Below the pieces are notes generated by a model. That model was given only the letters and a program-made list of their open reading frames with translations. It was not told the DNA's origin and searched no databases. The position numbers and the translations under genes were made by a program. This document shows, in pieces, positions 44,384 through 55,900 of a DNA stretch of 64,000 nt; the first letter of the stretch is position 1; every line of letters starts with the position of its first letter. Location of the stretch: contig CAVYAN010000041.1 in assembly GCA_963766075.1 (NCBI GenBank), positions 33,212 to 97,211 on the forward strand. Direction: 5' to 3'. This DNA is from an uncultured cyanobacterium (GTDB lineage Bacteria; Cyanobacteriota; Cyanobacteriia; Leptolyngbyales; Leptolyngbyaceae).

Positions 44384-46549
44384 CTAGGTTTTTGAATCGG
44401 GAGACGTTGGCATGTGCCAGTGTAAAATAACACACACACCTCCCTGGGGCAAAAATTTTGCCTCCCAGTCGCCCTCGGGCAGGCTGGCCGCAATGGTGGC
44501 CATATTTTTTGTGCCCATGCCTCTTGGATGATTCGGATCCACCGGAGAGCCGTTGTTTTCCACCATTAAGGTGCAGCGCTGGCCCTCTTTTCTTAGGGTC
44601 ACCTCGACCCAGGTTGCGTCGCCTTTGGGCGGTTGAGCATGCTTGATCACGTTGGCGATCGCCTCTTTAAAGAACCGAAAAATGTCTTCACGGTCATCCA
44701 CCCAAGCAATTTCTTGTTCACTGGCCTCGCTAAAAAAATCTTGGTTGCCGCGAATGCCCAGCCAGGAGGTTGCCACTAAATCGGGCTCCCGCAGCTTGTC
44801 GAAGTGGGAACGAACAATGATCCGCAGTTCGCCGGAAGCCAAGCGCAGGTCAAGCCAACGCGCCATCCCCTTGCCCAGCCCTGCAGCCAACTCTGGAGAA
44901 ATAGCCTGCTGCTTTTGCGCGACGGTTTGCATATCATTGAGGTGGTCGCGGATCGTTTGGCCAATGTGGGAAAGTTTTTCCACCAGGGAAATCGAGCCTC
45001 GGGTCGGGTGCCGCAGTTGCAGCAAATTGGCATCGACCTTGCCATCAAAGGTAATCATTTCGAGCTGATCCATGACGAGTTTCAGATCTTGTAGCGGTTG
45101 ATCATGAATGTCGGTGGCCGTGCGGGCTAGTAGCTTGCGGGTTTGGGAGAGAATAGCGGCCTGTCTGACGATGCGCTGTTGTTGCTGGGTGGTGCGGTCT
45201 AGCAGATGCCAGACACCCAAGGAAGCCAGGGTTGAACCGCCTGTCAATAGCCACGTACAAATTGGAAAACCAATCGGCAGAATCAAATTGTATTGCGTTA
45301 ATGCAATCACAACAATTACACCGTACAACAAGCAGCCAAAAGTGATCAGTGCCAGCCACCTAGAAGCTTCCTGAGGATTTTGAATATCTCTTAGAGAGAG
45401 TACTACTACAGTCAGGATCGTACCTAAAACTATAATTCCCAGGCTCCAGTATGGCCAGTATTGATCGACAAATCTATAAAAATATTTTCTGGAGTTGCCA
45501 GCTTTCATGCTAGCAAAAAGATTCGCTTGCTTAACAGCAAGTGAAAAACTATGGTTGCTTATGCTGATAGTATTGGTATCATCAGAAGCACTCACAATAA
45601 CGACTTTCCCACTAATTTTATTACGTGTATTAGATGTTAGTGTCTGCTGACACTGAGGCTTGATTTCTACAGCTTTCTTCGAGGAAATAATGGCTGGCTG
45701 ACTGGGAAGGGAGCCACAAATCTCGGCAAGCGATATTCTTTGAGAAATTAAACTATCGCCCCAGTTACTAAACATCTGGGGCGTTTTTTCTGTGGTATCT
45801 TCACAGGCATCATCACCATATAATTTCTCTGCTAAAACACAAATTGAAGACTTTAATTTTAATTCAAGCGGTTCTGACTGATTAAAACGTTTAGAAGATT
45901 GAAAAGACTTTTTAGAAAAATAAGGTATACCGGGATTAAGGTTGAGGTTAAATTTTCCAGGTTTACGCAGCCATGCATTAGGTAGGAAATCGAGAAAACC
46001 TTGATTCTCATAGGGATTTTTTTTAAAATTCTGAGGCTGATAACCTAAGTTAAGAGTTCTTATAAACGCCTGATTATTGACGTCAACGTAAGGGTTGGCT
46101 ACCAAAACGATCTTCTTTTGATGTTCTGAAAGCAGTTTTTGAAACTTCTGAATTGCTAGTTTTTCTTGTGCCGAATTTGGTCCCGGTGCTTCAGTTAACT
46201 CATTAGGGATATGGAGTAGAATTCCTCGGGCATTGGCTTTAATCAACTTTTGAATAAAATTAGTGTAGGTGAGTAAGTCCCCGAAACCGTGCTGCCCAGC
46301 ATCTTCCATATTCACCAAAACAATATCTTTATTTCCCCCGGGCTTTTTATTATTTCCTTCTAGCTCAATATCGGGATTCTCCTGTTGTTTTTGCTTTAAC
46401 AGACGCATCTTTAACTCAACCTCAAAGTTTTGCAGAGCGCTAGCGTCCGTCACCAAACTGGTTAAAGCAGAACTGGTAATGCATATCAGTCCCCAAATCG
46501 ATCCTAGGACCAGCGTTCTCCTTCGTCGGGGGGTGTATTTTAGGGACAT
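44384..46549 (-). CDS. Membrane sensor histidine kinase (CHASE2-like extracellular domain, 3 TM, HisKA_3-type core)
   Basis: N-terminal TM, DIVLVNM..., GKVVIV, three TM helices, ATDIHDQPLQ, EAIANVIKHA, VENNG, GMGTKNM. Confidence 0.85.
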   Translation of the reverse strand: MSLKYTPRRRRTLVLGSIWGLICITSSALTSLVTDASALQNFEVELKMRLLKQKQQENPDIELEGNNKKPGGNKDIVLVNMEDAGQHGFGDLLTYTNFIQKLIKANARGILLHIPNELTEAPGPNSAQEKLAIQKFQKLLSEHQKKIVLVANPYVDVNNQAFIRTLNLGYQPQNFKKNPYENQGFLDFLPNAWLRKPGKFNLNLNPGIPYFSKKSFQSSKRFNQSEPLELKLKSSICVLAEKLYGDDACEDTTEKTPQMFSNWGDSLISQRISLAEICGSLPSQPAIISSKKAVEIKPQCQQTLTSNTRNKISGKVVIVSASDDTNTISISNHSFSLAVKQANLFASMKAGNSRKYFYRFVDQYWPYWSLGIIVLGTILTVVVLSLRDIQNPQEASRWLALITFGCLLYGVIVVIALTQYNLILPIGFPICTWLLTGGSTLASLGVWHLLDRTTQQQQRIVRQAAILSQTRKLLARTATDIHDQPLQDLKLVMDQLEMITFDGKVDANLLQLRHPTRGSISLVEKLSHIGQTIRDHLNDMQTVAQKQQAISPELAAGLGKGMARWLDLRLASGELRIIVRSHFDKLREPDLVATSWLGIRGNQDFFSEASEQEIAWVDDREDIFRFFKEAIANVIKHAQPPKGDATWVEVTLRKEGQRCTLMVENNGSPVDPNHPRGMGTKNMATIAASLPEGDWEAKFLPQGGVCVILHWHMPTSPDSKT

Positions 46550-47240
46550 AGCGGGGTCCTCCTAAGGGCAACAGGGCAACGCGAAAACTACTTGATGAAA
46601 ACTACATACATGCCTCAGTGGAAGATGGAGAGAGGCTGAACTGGTGCTACGGGTGATGGATCCTTTGCCTGACTAGTTGACCAGCGATCGCCTGCAAACA
46701 CCAAAGCCTCAGCGCCAACCCGGCATTACCGACCCTTGCAGTGGCACGAACGACAGGGGCCATGTTAGCGAAATGGCGTAAAACGCCGGTAGCGATGCGA
46801 TGAATCCATTGGCAGATTAGCAGAAACTTCCAAATTCAGGTTGCGCGATCGCGCAATCAAATTGCGCAAGTGCCCTGTGGGGCTGCGTCAATGCCCAATT
46901 TTTCTGCGCTGAAAGCTCTGGCACCCCATCAATGCCAGAAGTACTGTTATGGAGTACTGCTGATATGCCTGGAGTATGGCCGTCTGAACTATGGATCGCA
47001 GGGTTTTAGGGAATGGCGATTAACTTCATCACAGGGGCTATCCCCAGACGGCCCTGTTGCACTAAATCAAAAACCAAATTCCAGTAGTTTATTATTTTAA
47101 GATATTAGTTATAGTATTGAAAAAACATACTATATTTGGTTTATAGTTATTTTGTACTATAAATGGTCGGGCCATAGCAAACCGCCAATGGGCAACGGTT
47201 AGACGGGCATTGGGGCAAACTTCCTACAGGGCGATGGATC

Positions 47241-49912
47241 ATGATGTCGAACGCAGCCAAATTCTTGTTATTGCTCGCACCGCAGTATGCCCAAGCCTTC
47301 GTTTTTCGGGGGACTGGCTGGGGTACGCCCCACATTGAGGCCCACATTGACTTGGCCAAAGACCATGGCCTGTCCGTGATTGTGGTACAGGAAGAGTTTT
47401 TCTCTGAAAGGCGAGACATAGAATATCGTCGAGGGGCGATCGCGGCACAGCAGTTCGAGCAGTTCATCCACGAAATCGCCGACGAAATCGTTTCTCTGGA
47501 CATCGAGGAATCGTTCCCTAAATTGATGTTGCCCGGTCAAGTTCTCCAGCAATTGAGCCGAGAAGATGGGAATTGGGTGGTTTACGTTCTCCGGAGTGAA
47601 CTGGATCGCAGTGCCGGACTACAGCCTTACAAACAGTCAGACGCTTGGGCAAGCGCCGCACGATATTTTCGTGTAATTGATGAAAATGATGGGCTAGATG
47701 ATGGGCCAGATGGGGGTTTAGATGGTGGATCGGGCCATGGTGGCTCATCGGGTCCGCACAATTTAAATCCGGGAGGAAGCCCGAGTTGCGAAACACGTCC
47801 TGACCTATCCAGTGATTCTTCCTCGCAAACACCATCGCCCACATCACGCCCTACAGAAGTCATCCAGAAAGCACCACAATCAAGAAGCCGCAATGGTCTG
47901 CTGGTCTGGTTGTTGGCCATGGCCTTGAGATCACCGGGTGGAACTACTCTTCAGCACGCTCTCACTCTAGCCTTGGGCCTATCTGCCCTGATCGAAGCGG
48001 CCTTTGCCTCTGCTGGATCGGTCGTAGAGCACTTTGTGGCAGCGGCAGTCCCAGCATCGACAGCTTCTCCAGCAACGGCGGCTTTGGCACTGTCCCTAGA
48101 GCCAATTTTGACCTCTCTAGCCATTGAGACTCCACCGCCAGCAACGTCTGGTACCGCTGCTCAGGTGGCAGAATCTGTAGCCAATACGTTTGTTCCAAAT
48201 CTATCGGCTGGAGACGAAGATCGCATATCTAGGGCGAGCACGCCAACTAGCTTAGAACAAGGGTTTCAGCAAGGGTTTCAGAAAAATGATAGCCCCTTGG
48301 CGATCTCAGAACATCTCGATCGCCATCTAAATACCATCGTCTCTAATATCGTCTCTCAGGTTATGAACCGAAATCTGCAAAATGCCAGCCTGGAGCCTAT
48401 AAGCCTGGGAATCGAGGCGACTATCCCGGGATGGGCGATCGCTGTTTTTCCCCAGAATGCTCTGTCCTGGCTCTATGCCCCGCAAACTCGTCGAAATAGC
48501 ATGATATCACAAATCAATATCGAAATCATTGGCCAGGATCGCCCTGTTCCCCCTCAAAATCCCAATCCAGTGCCCACGCCAATCCCAGGCCCCCTTCCTA
48601 TTCCCATCCTATTCCCATCCCTATTCCCAGCCCCAGTCCTAGCCCCAATCCTGGGCCTGATCCGGAAAAACCACCGATTGATGCCGCCGGGGGACAGAAA
48701 CCGGTCCCGGTGCAACAGGGCAGTGGCACAACTGTGATTGCTAACTTTGGCGGCATTGGTCAACGCGGAGAAATTGACAACGACGAAGGACGTTATCAAG
48801 AACTCGATATGCTGGTCTTGCAAGGCCCTGGGCTGACCGCCCGCCAAATGCTGCTAACGACGGAGAACAATGGCGACTTGCTAATCACCTTTGACGGCGT
48901 GGTAGATACTACCATTATCCTGAAGAACTTCCCCATTGAAGCTCTCGATAACTTTAGCTACGCCGCCAACCTCGATATCTCACGCGCCCTGGGCAATATC
49001 CGGTTTGCTGGAGATAGTTTGATTCAGGATAGCTTTGATGTGTTTGATGAGTGGTGGCAAGACGGTGCGCCCAGCGGTAACCCTGAAAATCCTTGGACGG
49101 GGCAGGTTTTGAGTCGCAATAGCGTCACCTTCCTCAATAACCACAACAATCGAGTGCGCGGATTCGACAATTCCGATGACGTGATTAACGGACTCGGTGG
49201 CGATGACTGGCTTGAGGGTGGCAGTGGTAACAATATCCTGCGCGGTGGCAGTGGTGCCGATACCCTGCTCGGTGGCAGTGGTGATGATTGGCTGGATGGT
49301 GGTCTCGGTCGCGATCTGCTGGTGGGAGGGACTGGCAACGATACCTTTATCGTGGATGATTTGGGCGATCGCATTCTTGAAGCCCCCGGCGCAGGCGTTG
49401 ACCTTGTGCGCGCTGCCGTAAATTGGACGTTGGGCGACAACCTGGAAAATCTAACCCTTACGGGAACGGAGGCCATTAATGCGATCGGCAATAGCTTAGC
49501 CAACCGCATCACGGGCAACAACAGCGATAACGTGCTAGACGGCGGTAGCGGCAACGACACGCTAATCGGAGGAATGGGCAGTACAACCTGTATTGGGGGA
49601 CTCGGCAACGATGAGATCCAACTGGGTACAGGCAAGTTCAATCTGGTGGTGTATCGGGCTGGTGATGGTTCTGATACGGTGAAAAATTTCCGCGCTGGAG
49701 CCGGAGGTGATTTGCTGCGTCTGGAAGGAATTGGGGCGATTGATGTCGTGACCAATGGCAGCTCAACTTGGTTCCGATTAAGTGACGGTATTAGTGGTAA
49801 TACGGGTTTTGGATCTGGCCAAGACCTAATGATTTTTGAGAATACATTATTCACTCAAAACATCAACTTTAATTTGATGCCGACGACAACGACACGATTC
49901 TTTTCTAGCTAA
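47241..49912 (+). CDS. Large RTX/hemolysin-type Ca-binding protein split by a frameshift near 48608 in a Pro-rich repeat
   Basis: Adding one C (ccc atc cct att) joins ORF 47241 to ORF 48710 through PIPIPIPSPSPSPNPGPDPEK; C-terminal GGxGxDxL nonapeptide repeats. Confidence 0.78.
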
Positions 49913-49914
49913 CT

Positions 49915-52542
49915 ATGATAAAGATAATCACAGAAAATATGAAGATTTTGTATGAGTCTAATTGGTTTCAAAATTATTTGAAATTGTTGTGTGAAACTAA
50001 TGAAGAACGCTCAAAAAATGTGGGCATGACAGAATTTTATATGCCCATGAAGGCCATTTATTCCCACGTATCAGATTTTGCCATAGTGCCTCGCCCTAGT
50101 TTGCAATGGCTGGAACAGAGCGCATCACTGTCTGTATTAAAAGGATTGCGAGACTATGCCCACAACCATGTTTTATTGATGGGTAGCCCCGGAATCGGTA
50201 AATCCACCGTGTTGAGGCAGTTGCTTCAGGAAGAAGCGCAACAGGGCGATCACATTCCGGTTTTGATTGAACTTCGCTATTTATTCTCCATGTCACTCCC
50301 CGATCGGATATTCCAACGCCTCCACCAGATTGATCCAGACCTACAACTCCAGCGAGAAGACTTCGATACTGATCTGCGGCGTGGAAAATTTCTAGTTCTG
50401 CTGGATGGTTTAAATGAATTGCCTGCCGAATCTCGATCTGCGGTAGAACAGTTTATCCAAGATCATCCGCGGTGTGCCATCGTTGCCACCACGCGAGATT
50501 CACTTCTGAACGGCACGTTTCGGATTCATCACACCTTAGCTATGCTGCCGCTAGATAACGAACAAATTGAACAGTTTGTGCGCACCTACTTCTGCAATTT
50601 CCCAGGGGTAGCAGGTGCCATGCTGCAACAATTGAACACGCTGCGGCGCAGACGCCCATTTTGCCAGGGACGGTTGGAGCAAACCCCCTTACTCTTGCGA
50701 ATGCTGTGTGACGAGTTTCGCCACAATAGAACAGTCTCAGAGGATCTAGGCACCTTATTTCGCAAGTTTACTGAGAGCTGCGTGATGAATGCGGCCCCTT
50801 TCGCTCAGGACGGATCACGGGAATGGTGGCAACGATTACTGCCCCAATTGGCGGGCGAAATGATGCACCCCGAACAGTTCTTCGTGATTGACAAAAAAGC
50901 TGCTCAGGAGACGTTTGAGGCATTTTTCAAAGCGTGCGATGTCCAACATCCGGGGGATAAAGCGTTCCAATGTCTTCAGGATTTGCTGAAGTATAGCAAC
51001 AACCTCCTTAAACATGCCAATGAACCCGGCAAGATTGAGTTTTTGCATCCACTGGTTCAGGAGTATTATGCCGCAGAAGCACTGCTGGCCCGCTTATCGG
51101 ATTTGACCGATGACCAATTGCAGCAAAATTATTTGAATTATTTAAAATGGACAGAGCCTCTAGCCGTGATGCTGGCCTTGGTAGAGAGCCAAGACCAAGC
51201 AATGCGAATTGTGGAACTAGCACTGCATGTTGATTTGGCTCTGGGAATACGATTGGCAACAGTGGTGCGTTTAGAATTCCGACATCAGGCTTTAGCACGG
51301 GTGGATGCCAAGATCAATGCAAAAGAGATGCCTGATTGGTTGAAAAACGCATCCTCCCCACGATCGCACACCAGTCTGGAACAGTGCACTGGCCTAGAAA
51401 TTGATCATCCTTATCTTCGAGAAAGTGCGATCGCTATTTTTGGCAATCTTGATTCCGAACGGACCATTCCAACTCTGCTCCAAGGCTTAGAGGTTGAGGA
51501 TCCTGAGCACCGGGGAATCGCAGCCTACACCTTGAGAGAACTGGATAATCAACAGGCGATTCAGGTCGTACCCGGATTGCTAAGACACTTAACCCACGAA
51601 GACTATGGTGTCCGTGGCAGCGCGGCCTACGTCTTAGGAAAATTTGGTTCTGGGCCAATGGCAGAACCGGTCATTTCAGCCTTGTTTACCACATTGAAAG
51701 ATGACCCAGATACCTATGCGCGTGGCAGTGCAGCGGAGGCACTGGGAGAAATTGGCAGCGAATCTGCCATTCCAGCATTATTGGCAGCATTGACCCACAA
51801 AAATTTTTGGACCCGGCGATGTGCCGCCAATGCCTTGGGCAAGTTCCCCGGCGATCGCACCGCGCCCATCCTACCCCAGATCATGCCCCTTATCCTGACC
51901 CGTGTGGGCAAAGAAGCCTTCCGCGCGCTCACAGCCATCCAAGCCAAATGCAAATTCTATAACTACGAAATTTATAACTATGAAATTATTCAACGGCAGC
52001 CACCCCCCTCTTCGTCCAGTAGCACCGATCTTCTGACAAGAATCGACCAAACCACCCAGGACATCAACAAAAGGACAAAAAAAATGCAAGAGCAATCTGG
52101 AAACGTTAGCATCAATATTTCTGGTGGAAATTTTCCCGGAATCAATAACTTCACACCCAATCAAGGCAGCCAAAGTTACGCTAAAATCGATACCCAAAAC
52201 AATTTTTTTGACACTGATAAAACGCTCGCTCAAGACATCACCGATCTAAAAGAATTTATTGCTGATTTAGAAACGAAGCATCCTCATCTCCAAACCCCCG
52301 CCGAAGCCGATGCTGTAATTGAAACGGAAATTATCAAAGTGCAAAGCGATAACCCAACCCGATGGCACATCCTCCGGCATCAAATGAGCCTGCTCAAGCG
52401 TCAACTGCTCGACCCGGAGCGCCATCTTCAGGCTACAAAAGCAACCCTCATTGAAGTTGTCAAAGGCGTTTCCGAAAAAAGTCTGATTGTCAAAGCCATC
52501 ATTACCTACCTGGATAAGCTCAGCGAAGAACCCCCTCGGTAG
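49915..52542 (+). CDS. NACHT NTPase with HEAT/PBS-lyase repeats
   Basis: Walker A GSPGIGKST, Walker B LVLLDGLNE, TTR, TPLLL, FLHPLVQEYYAA; RGSAAYVLG / RGSAAEALG / RRCAANALG repeats. Confidence 0.92.
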   Translation: MIKIITENMKILYESNWFQNYLKLLCETNEERSKNVGMTEFYMPMKAIYSHVSDFAIVPRPSLQWLEQSASLSVLKGLRDYAHNHVLLMGSPGIGKSTVLRQLLQEEAQQGDHIPVLIELRYLFSMSLPDRIFQRLHQIDPDLQLQREDFDTDLRRGKFLVLLDGLNELPAESRSAVEQFIQDHPRCAIVATTRDSLLNGTFRIHHTLAMLPLDNEQIEQFVRTYFCNFPGVAGAMLQQLNTLRRRRPFCQGRLEQTPLLLRMLCDEFRHNRTVSEDLGTLFRKFTESCVMNAAPFAQDGSREWWQRLLPQLAGEMMHPEQFFVIDKKAAQETFEAFFKACDVQHPGDKAFQCLQDLLKYSNNLLKHANEPGKIEFLHPLVQEYYAAEALLARLSDLTDDQLQQNYLNYLKWTEPLAVMLALVESQDQAMRIVELALHVDLALGIRLATVVRLEFRHQALARVDAKINAKEMPDWLKNASSPRSHTSLEQCTGLEIDHPYLRESAIAIFGNLDSERTIPTLLQGLEVEDPEHRGIAAYTLRELDNQQAIQVVPGLLRHLTHEDYGVRGSAAYVLGKFGSGPMAEPVISALFTTLKDDPDTYARGSAAEALGEIGSESAIPALLAALTHKNFWTRRCAANALGKFPGDRTAPILPQIMPLILTRVGKEAFRALTAIQAKCKFYNYEIYNYEIIQRQPPPSSSSSTDLLTRIDQTTQDINKRTKKMQEQSGNVSINISGGNFPGINNFTPNQGSQSYAKIDTQNNFFDTDKTLAQDITDLKEFIADLETKHPHLQTPAEADAVIETEIIKVQSDNPTRWHILRHQMSLLKRQLLDPERHLQATKATLIEVVKGVSEKSLIVKAIITYLDKLSEEPPR

Positions 52543-52702
52543 CGAACATACTCGGTAGGGAACATTTCTTCTGGTTGCCCATCCTTGCCCTCAACGAACC
52601 GTGTGCCGTAGGGCACCAGCAAAATTCGGAACACTGGCAAAATCAACTCCCTGATCAAACCCCCTGATCAAACCCCTCAGCCCCTTTCAAACAATGGGTT
52701 CA

Positions 52703-52769
52703 CAGTTTTCAGTTCGTTTCGACTCCGCTCAACGAACTGAAAACTGATCCCTGAGCGGAGTCGAAGGGA
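52703..52769. repeat. Two adjacent REP-like hairpins with complementary loops
   Basis: CAGTTTTCAGTTCGTT-tcgactccgctc-AACGAACTGAAAACTG followed by TCCCT-gagcggagtcga-AGGGA. Confidence 0.8.
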
Positions 52770-53091
52770 GCTATATCTTGATGTTATTACCTGACAATGC
52801 CTAACTCAGCAATCCCAAAAAAAGGCTAGCATTCTGCCCAGTACAGAAAATCAACGCGATGAGAAAATGGTGTAATTAGTAACTCAGGGTAATTCAGGGC
52901 TTGATGGGGTAGGAGATCCGTATGGTTCACGTCAAATGTTATCTAAGTTTAAAGTCCATATAAAGTGTTCAGGAAGAACGCGGGCGATCGCTTCTCTTTG
53001 CCCTGAACTTTTCAGTAGAATCGCTCATGGCGTGCTGCAACCTTCGGGGCACGCTGGTGAAAATGTCCTCGGAGCAACTGATTGAGTTCCC

Positions 53092-54753
53092 ATGCCTAGT
53101 CAAAGTCTACGGGTACTACTGGTCGCAGAGCACGCCTCAGCCCAATTTGGCGGTGAAGCAGCCCTGCCTTTGCACTATTTTCGGATTCTGCGACGGCGAG
53201 GAATTAATGTCTGGATGATTGTGCATGAGCGAACGCGATCCGAATTGGAAGCCGTATTTCCTGATGATGGCGATCGCATTTACTACGTGCCCGATACCAT
53301 TTGGCACCGTGCCGCCCATCACTTGGGCAAGTTTTTACCCGTGCCTGTGAACAACATCACCCTGGGTTACGCTTCCCGGCTATTAAGTCAGTTGATCCAG
53401 CGACGACTCATTCGCAAAGCTATTCGTGCCCATCAGATCAGCATCATCCACCAACCCACCCCCGTTTCCCCCAAAGAACCCTCTTTAATTTTTAGCCTAG
53501 GTGTTCCCATCGTCATGGGTCCCATGAATGGCGGCATGGAATACCCGCCCGCCTTTCGAGGATTACAAAGTCGATTTACCCACCTTTCCATCGGTCTGGG
53601 CCGGAAAGTCTCAAACTTTTTGAACTGGATGATGCCCGGAAAACTCCGGGCAGATGTGCTGGTTGTCGCCAACTCGCGCACCCGCAACGCTCTGCCCAAA
53701 GGGACGCAGGGGCAAGTGATCGAATTGGTAGAAAATGGCGTGGATCTCTCGATTTGGCGAGCCGCAGATAAGCTTCTAGAGAGCGAAGCAGGCTTTAGAC
53801 ATCCACCCGGTTTTTCTTATCGAAGAAGAATAGGTGCTCGCAGAAACTTTTTTGGTATTTTGTCCAATATGATGGCTCGCCGAATTCACACAACTCGGCG
53901 GATTGCCGCGACGGATATTTACTCCAAATATCGTCGCTATCTCCAGACTAAGACGCATTTAGATCAATTGGCTCAACTCCCCCCTAGGCTATCTCTAGAC
54001 CCACCCACGGTGCAGGCTGCCGCCCGGTTTGCTGGCAACGCTGGAGCCCATCCTTCTCTCACCTTTGTTTATGTGGGACGCCTCGTGGATTGGAAAGCCG
54101 TAGACTGCTTAATGTCAGCGTTTCAGCGGATTACAAAAACCGTCCATGCCAAGCTGGACATTATTGGCGATGGAGTCCAACGGGAGAGTCTAGAACAGCA
54201 AGCCTTGGACTTAGGATTGCTACATTCAGAACCCGATTTCCTGAACTCTGCCACAGGCCACCCCGGGCAGAGTCCCGCCCCCTGCCACCAGAGTCGCGTC
54301 GAGTTTGTGGGGTGGCTCTCTCAAGTGGACTGTGCCCAACGCCTGCAACATGCAGATGTTCTGATCCTGCCCAGTGTCCATGATTGTGGGGGGGCGGTGG
54401 TGTTGGAGGCCATGGCCATGGGGCTTCCCGTCATTGCCACCAATTGGGGTGGGCCTGCCGATTACTTGGATGATTCCTGTGGCATTTTAGTTAACCCAGA
54501 CTCCCGGGAAAGCTTTATTCAGGGGCTAGCTGCCGCTATGGAGCGGTTGGCCAATTCACCGCATCTGCGCCATAAGATGGGGCGGGCTGGACAGGCCCGA
54601 GTGCGGGAGCGGTTTGACTGGGATGCCAAGGTCGATCGCATCTTAGAAATCTATGCGGATGCGATTGCTGTGGCAGCTCACCCCTCTGTCCAACGTCCGA
54701 CACAATCCAGTGGGGATGGCGTGACCTCTGTACGCCCTCTTCGGAGCTTATAA
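53092..54753 (+). CDS. Glycosyltransferase family 4 with a long interdomain insertion
   Basis: FGGEA, ENGVD, YVGRLVDWK, DCGGAVVLEAMAMGLPVIA. Confidence 0.9.
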   Translation: MPSQSLRVLLVAEHASAQFGGEAALPLHYFRILRRRGINVWMIVHERTRSELEAVFPDDGDRIYYVPDTIWHRAAHHLGKFLPVPVNNITLGYASRLLSQLIQRRLIRKAIRAHQISIIHQPTPVSPKEPSLIFSLGVPIVMGPMNGGMEYPPAFRGLQSRFTHLSIGLGRKVSNFLNWMMPGKLRADVLVVANSRTRNALPKGTQGQVIELVENGVDLSIWRAADKLLESEAGFRHPPGFSYRRRIGARRNFFGILSNMMARRIHTTRRIAATDIYSKYRRYLQTKTHLDQLAQLPPRLSLDPPTVQAAARFAGNAGAHPSLTFVYVGRLVDWKAVDCLMSAFQRITKTVHAKLDIIGDGVQRESLEQQALDLGLLHSEPDFLNSATGHPGQSPAPCHQSRVEFVGWLSQVDCAQRLQHADVLILPSVHDCGGAVVLEAMAMGLPVIATNWGGPADYLDDSCGILVNPDSRESFIQGLAAAMERLANSPHLRHKMGRAGQARVRERFDWDAKVDRILEIYADAIAVAAHPSVQRPTQSSGDGVTSVRPLRSL

Positions 54754-54773
54754 ATCAATGGAGCCTGTAAAGA

Positions 54774-55862
54774 ATGACTACGAATGAAGCTAGAATCGCT
54801 CGCCGCATTGTGATTACGGGTGGAGCGGGATTTATTGGGGCGAATTTTGTGCATCACTGGTGCCAGAGTTATCCCGGCGATCGCGTAATCGTCCTCGATG
54901 CCCTCACCTATGCAGGCAATCGCCACAACCTAGCCGGACTGGAAACCACGGCGAATTTGCGCTTTGTCCAGGGGGATATTTGCGATCGCCCCTTGATTGA
55001 TGCCCTCTTACGGGAAGAAAACATTGACACCATCGCCCATTTCGCTGCCGAATCCCACGTTGATCGTTCCATTCTAGGCCCAGAAGCCTTTATCCGCACC
55101 AATATTAACGGCACATTTACCCTGCTGGAAGCCTTTCGCCAACACTGGAACGCCCACGACCAACCCAGTGACTATCGGTTCCACCACGTCTCCACCGATG
55201 AGGTGTACGGCAGCTTAGGACCGAATGATCCGGGCTTTTCCGAAACGACGCCCTATGCCCCCAACAGCCCCTACTCCGCCTCCAAAGCGGGCAGCGATCA
55301 TCTGGTGCGGGCGTATCACCACACCTATGGGTTGCCCACCCTGATCACCAACTGTTCCAATAACTACGGCCCCTACCATTTCCCCGAAAAGCTAATTCCC
55401 CTGATGTGCATCAATATTTTGATGGGTAAATCTCTACCGGTGTATGGCGACGGGTTAAACGTGCGGGATTGGCTGTATGTGGGCGATCATTGCAGCGCTC
55501 TAGATGCAGTAATTCATCGCGGCACAGTCGGAGAAACCTACAACATTGGTGGCAATAACGAAGTCAAAAACATCGACTTGGTGAACCATCTCTGCGCGCT
55601 GATGGATGAGTTGGCTCCCGATTTACCGGTGCGCCCCGCCCACACACTGATTACCTATGTGAAGGATCGTCCGGGCCACGATCGCCGCTATGCGATCGAT
55701 GCCACCAAACTGAAAACCGAATTGGGTTGGACTCCGGCGGAAACCGTGGAAAGTGGTCTACGGAAAACCGTCCAATGGTTTTTGGCCCATCAAGACTGGT
55801 GGCAACCCCTCCTATCCGAGGAATACCAAGCCTATTACCAAAAGGTCTACACCACTGTTTAG
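54774..55862 (+). CDS. rfbB: dTDP-glucose 4,6-dehydratase
   Basis: [45 protein letters not shown]. Confidence 0.97.
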   Translation: MTTNEARIARRIVITGGAGFIGANFVHHWCQSYPGDRVIVLDALTYAGNRHNLAGLETTANLRFVQGDICDRPLIDALLREENIDTIAHFAAESHVDRSILGPEAFIRTNINGTFTLLEAFRQHWNAHDQPSDYRFHHVSTDEVYGSLGPNDPGFSETTPYAPNSPYSASKAGSDHLVRAYHHTYGLPTLITNCSNNYGPYHFPEKLIPLMCINILMGKSLPVYGDGLNVRDWLYVGDHCSALDAVIHRGTVGETYNIGGNNEVKNIDLVNHLCALMDELAPDLPVRPAHTLITYVKDRPGHDRRYAIDATKLKTELGWTPAETVESGLRKTVQWFLAHQDWWQPLLSEEYQAYYQKVYTTV

Positions 55863-55900
55863 TCCTGTCTAGTCACTGACTTACCTGCTGTAATGGCTGA

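Noticed and set aside
49024..49854. 276-aa minus-strand Pro/Ser-rich ORF
   Set aside because: Antisense shadow of the Gly/Asp-rich RTX repeats
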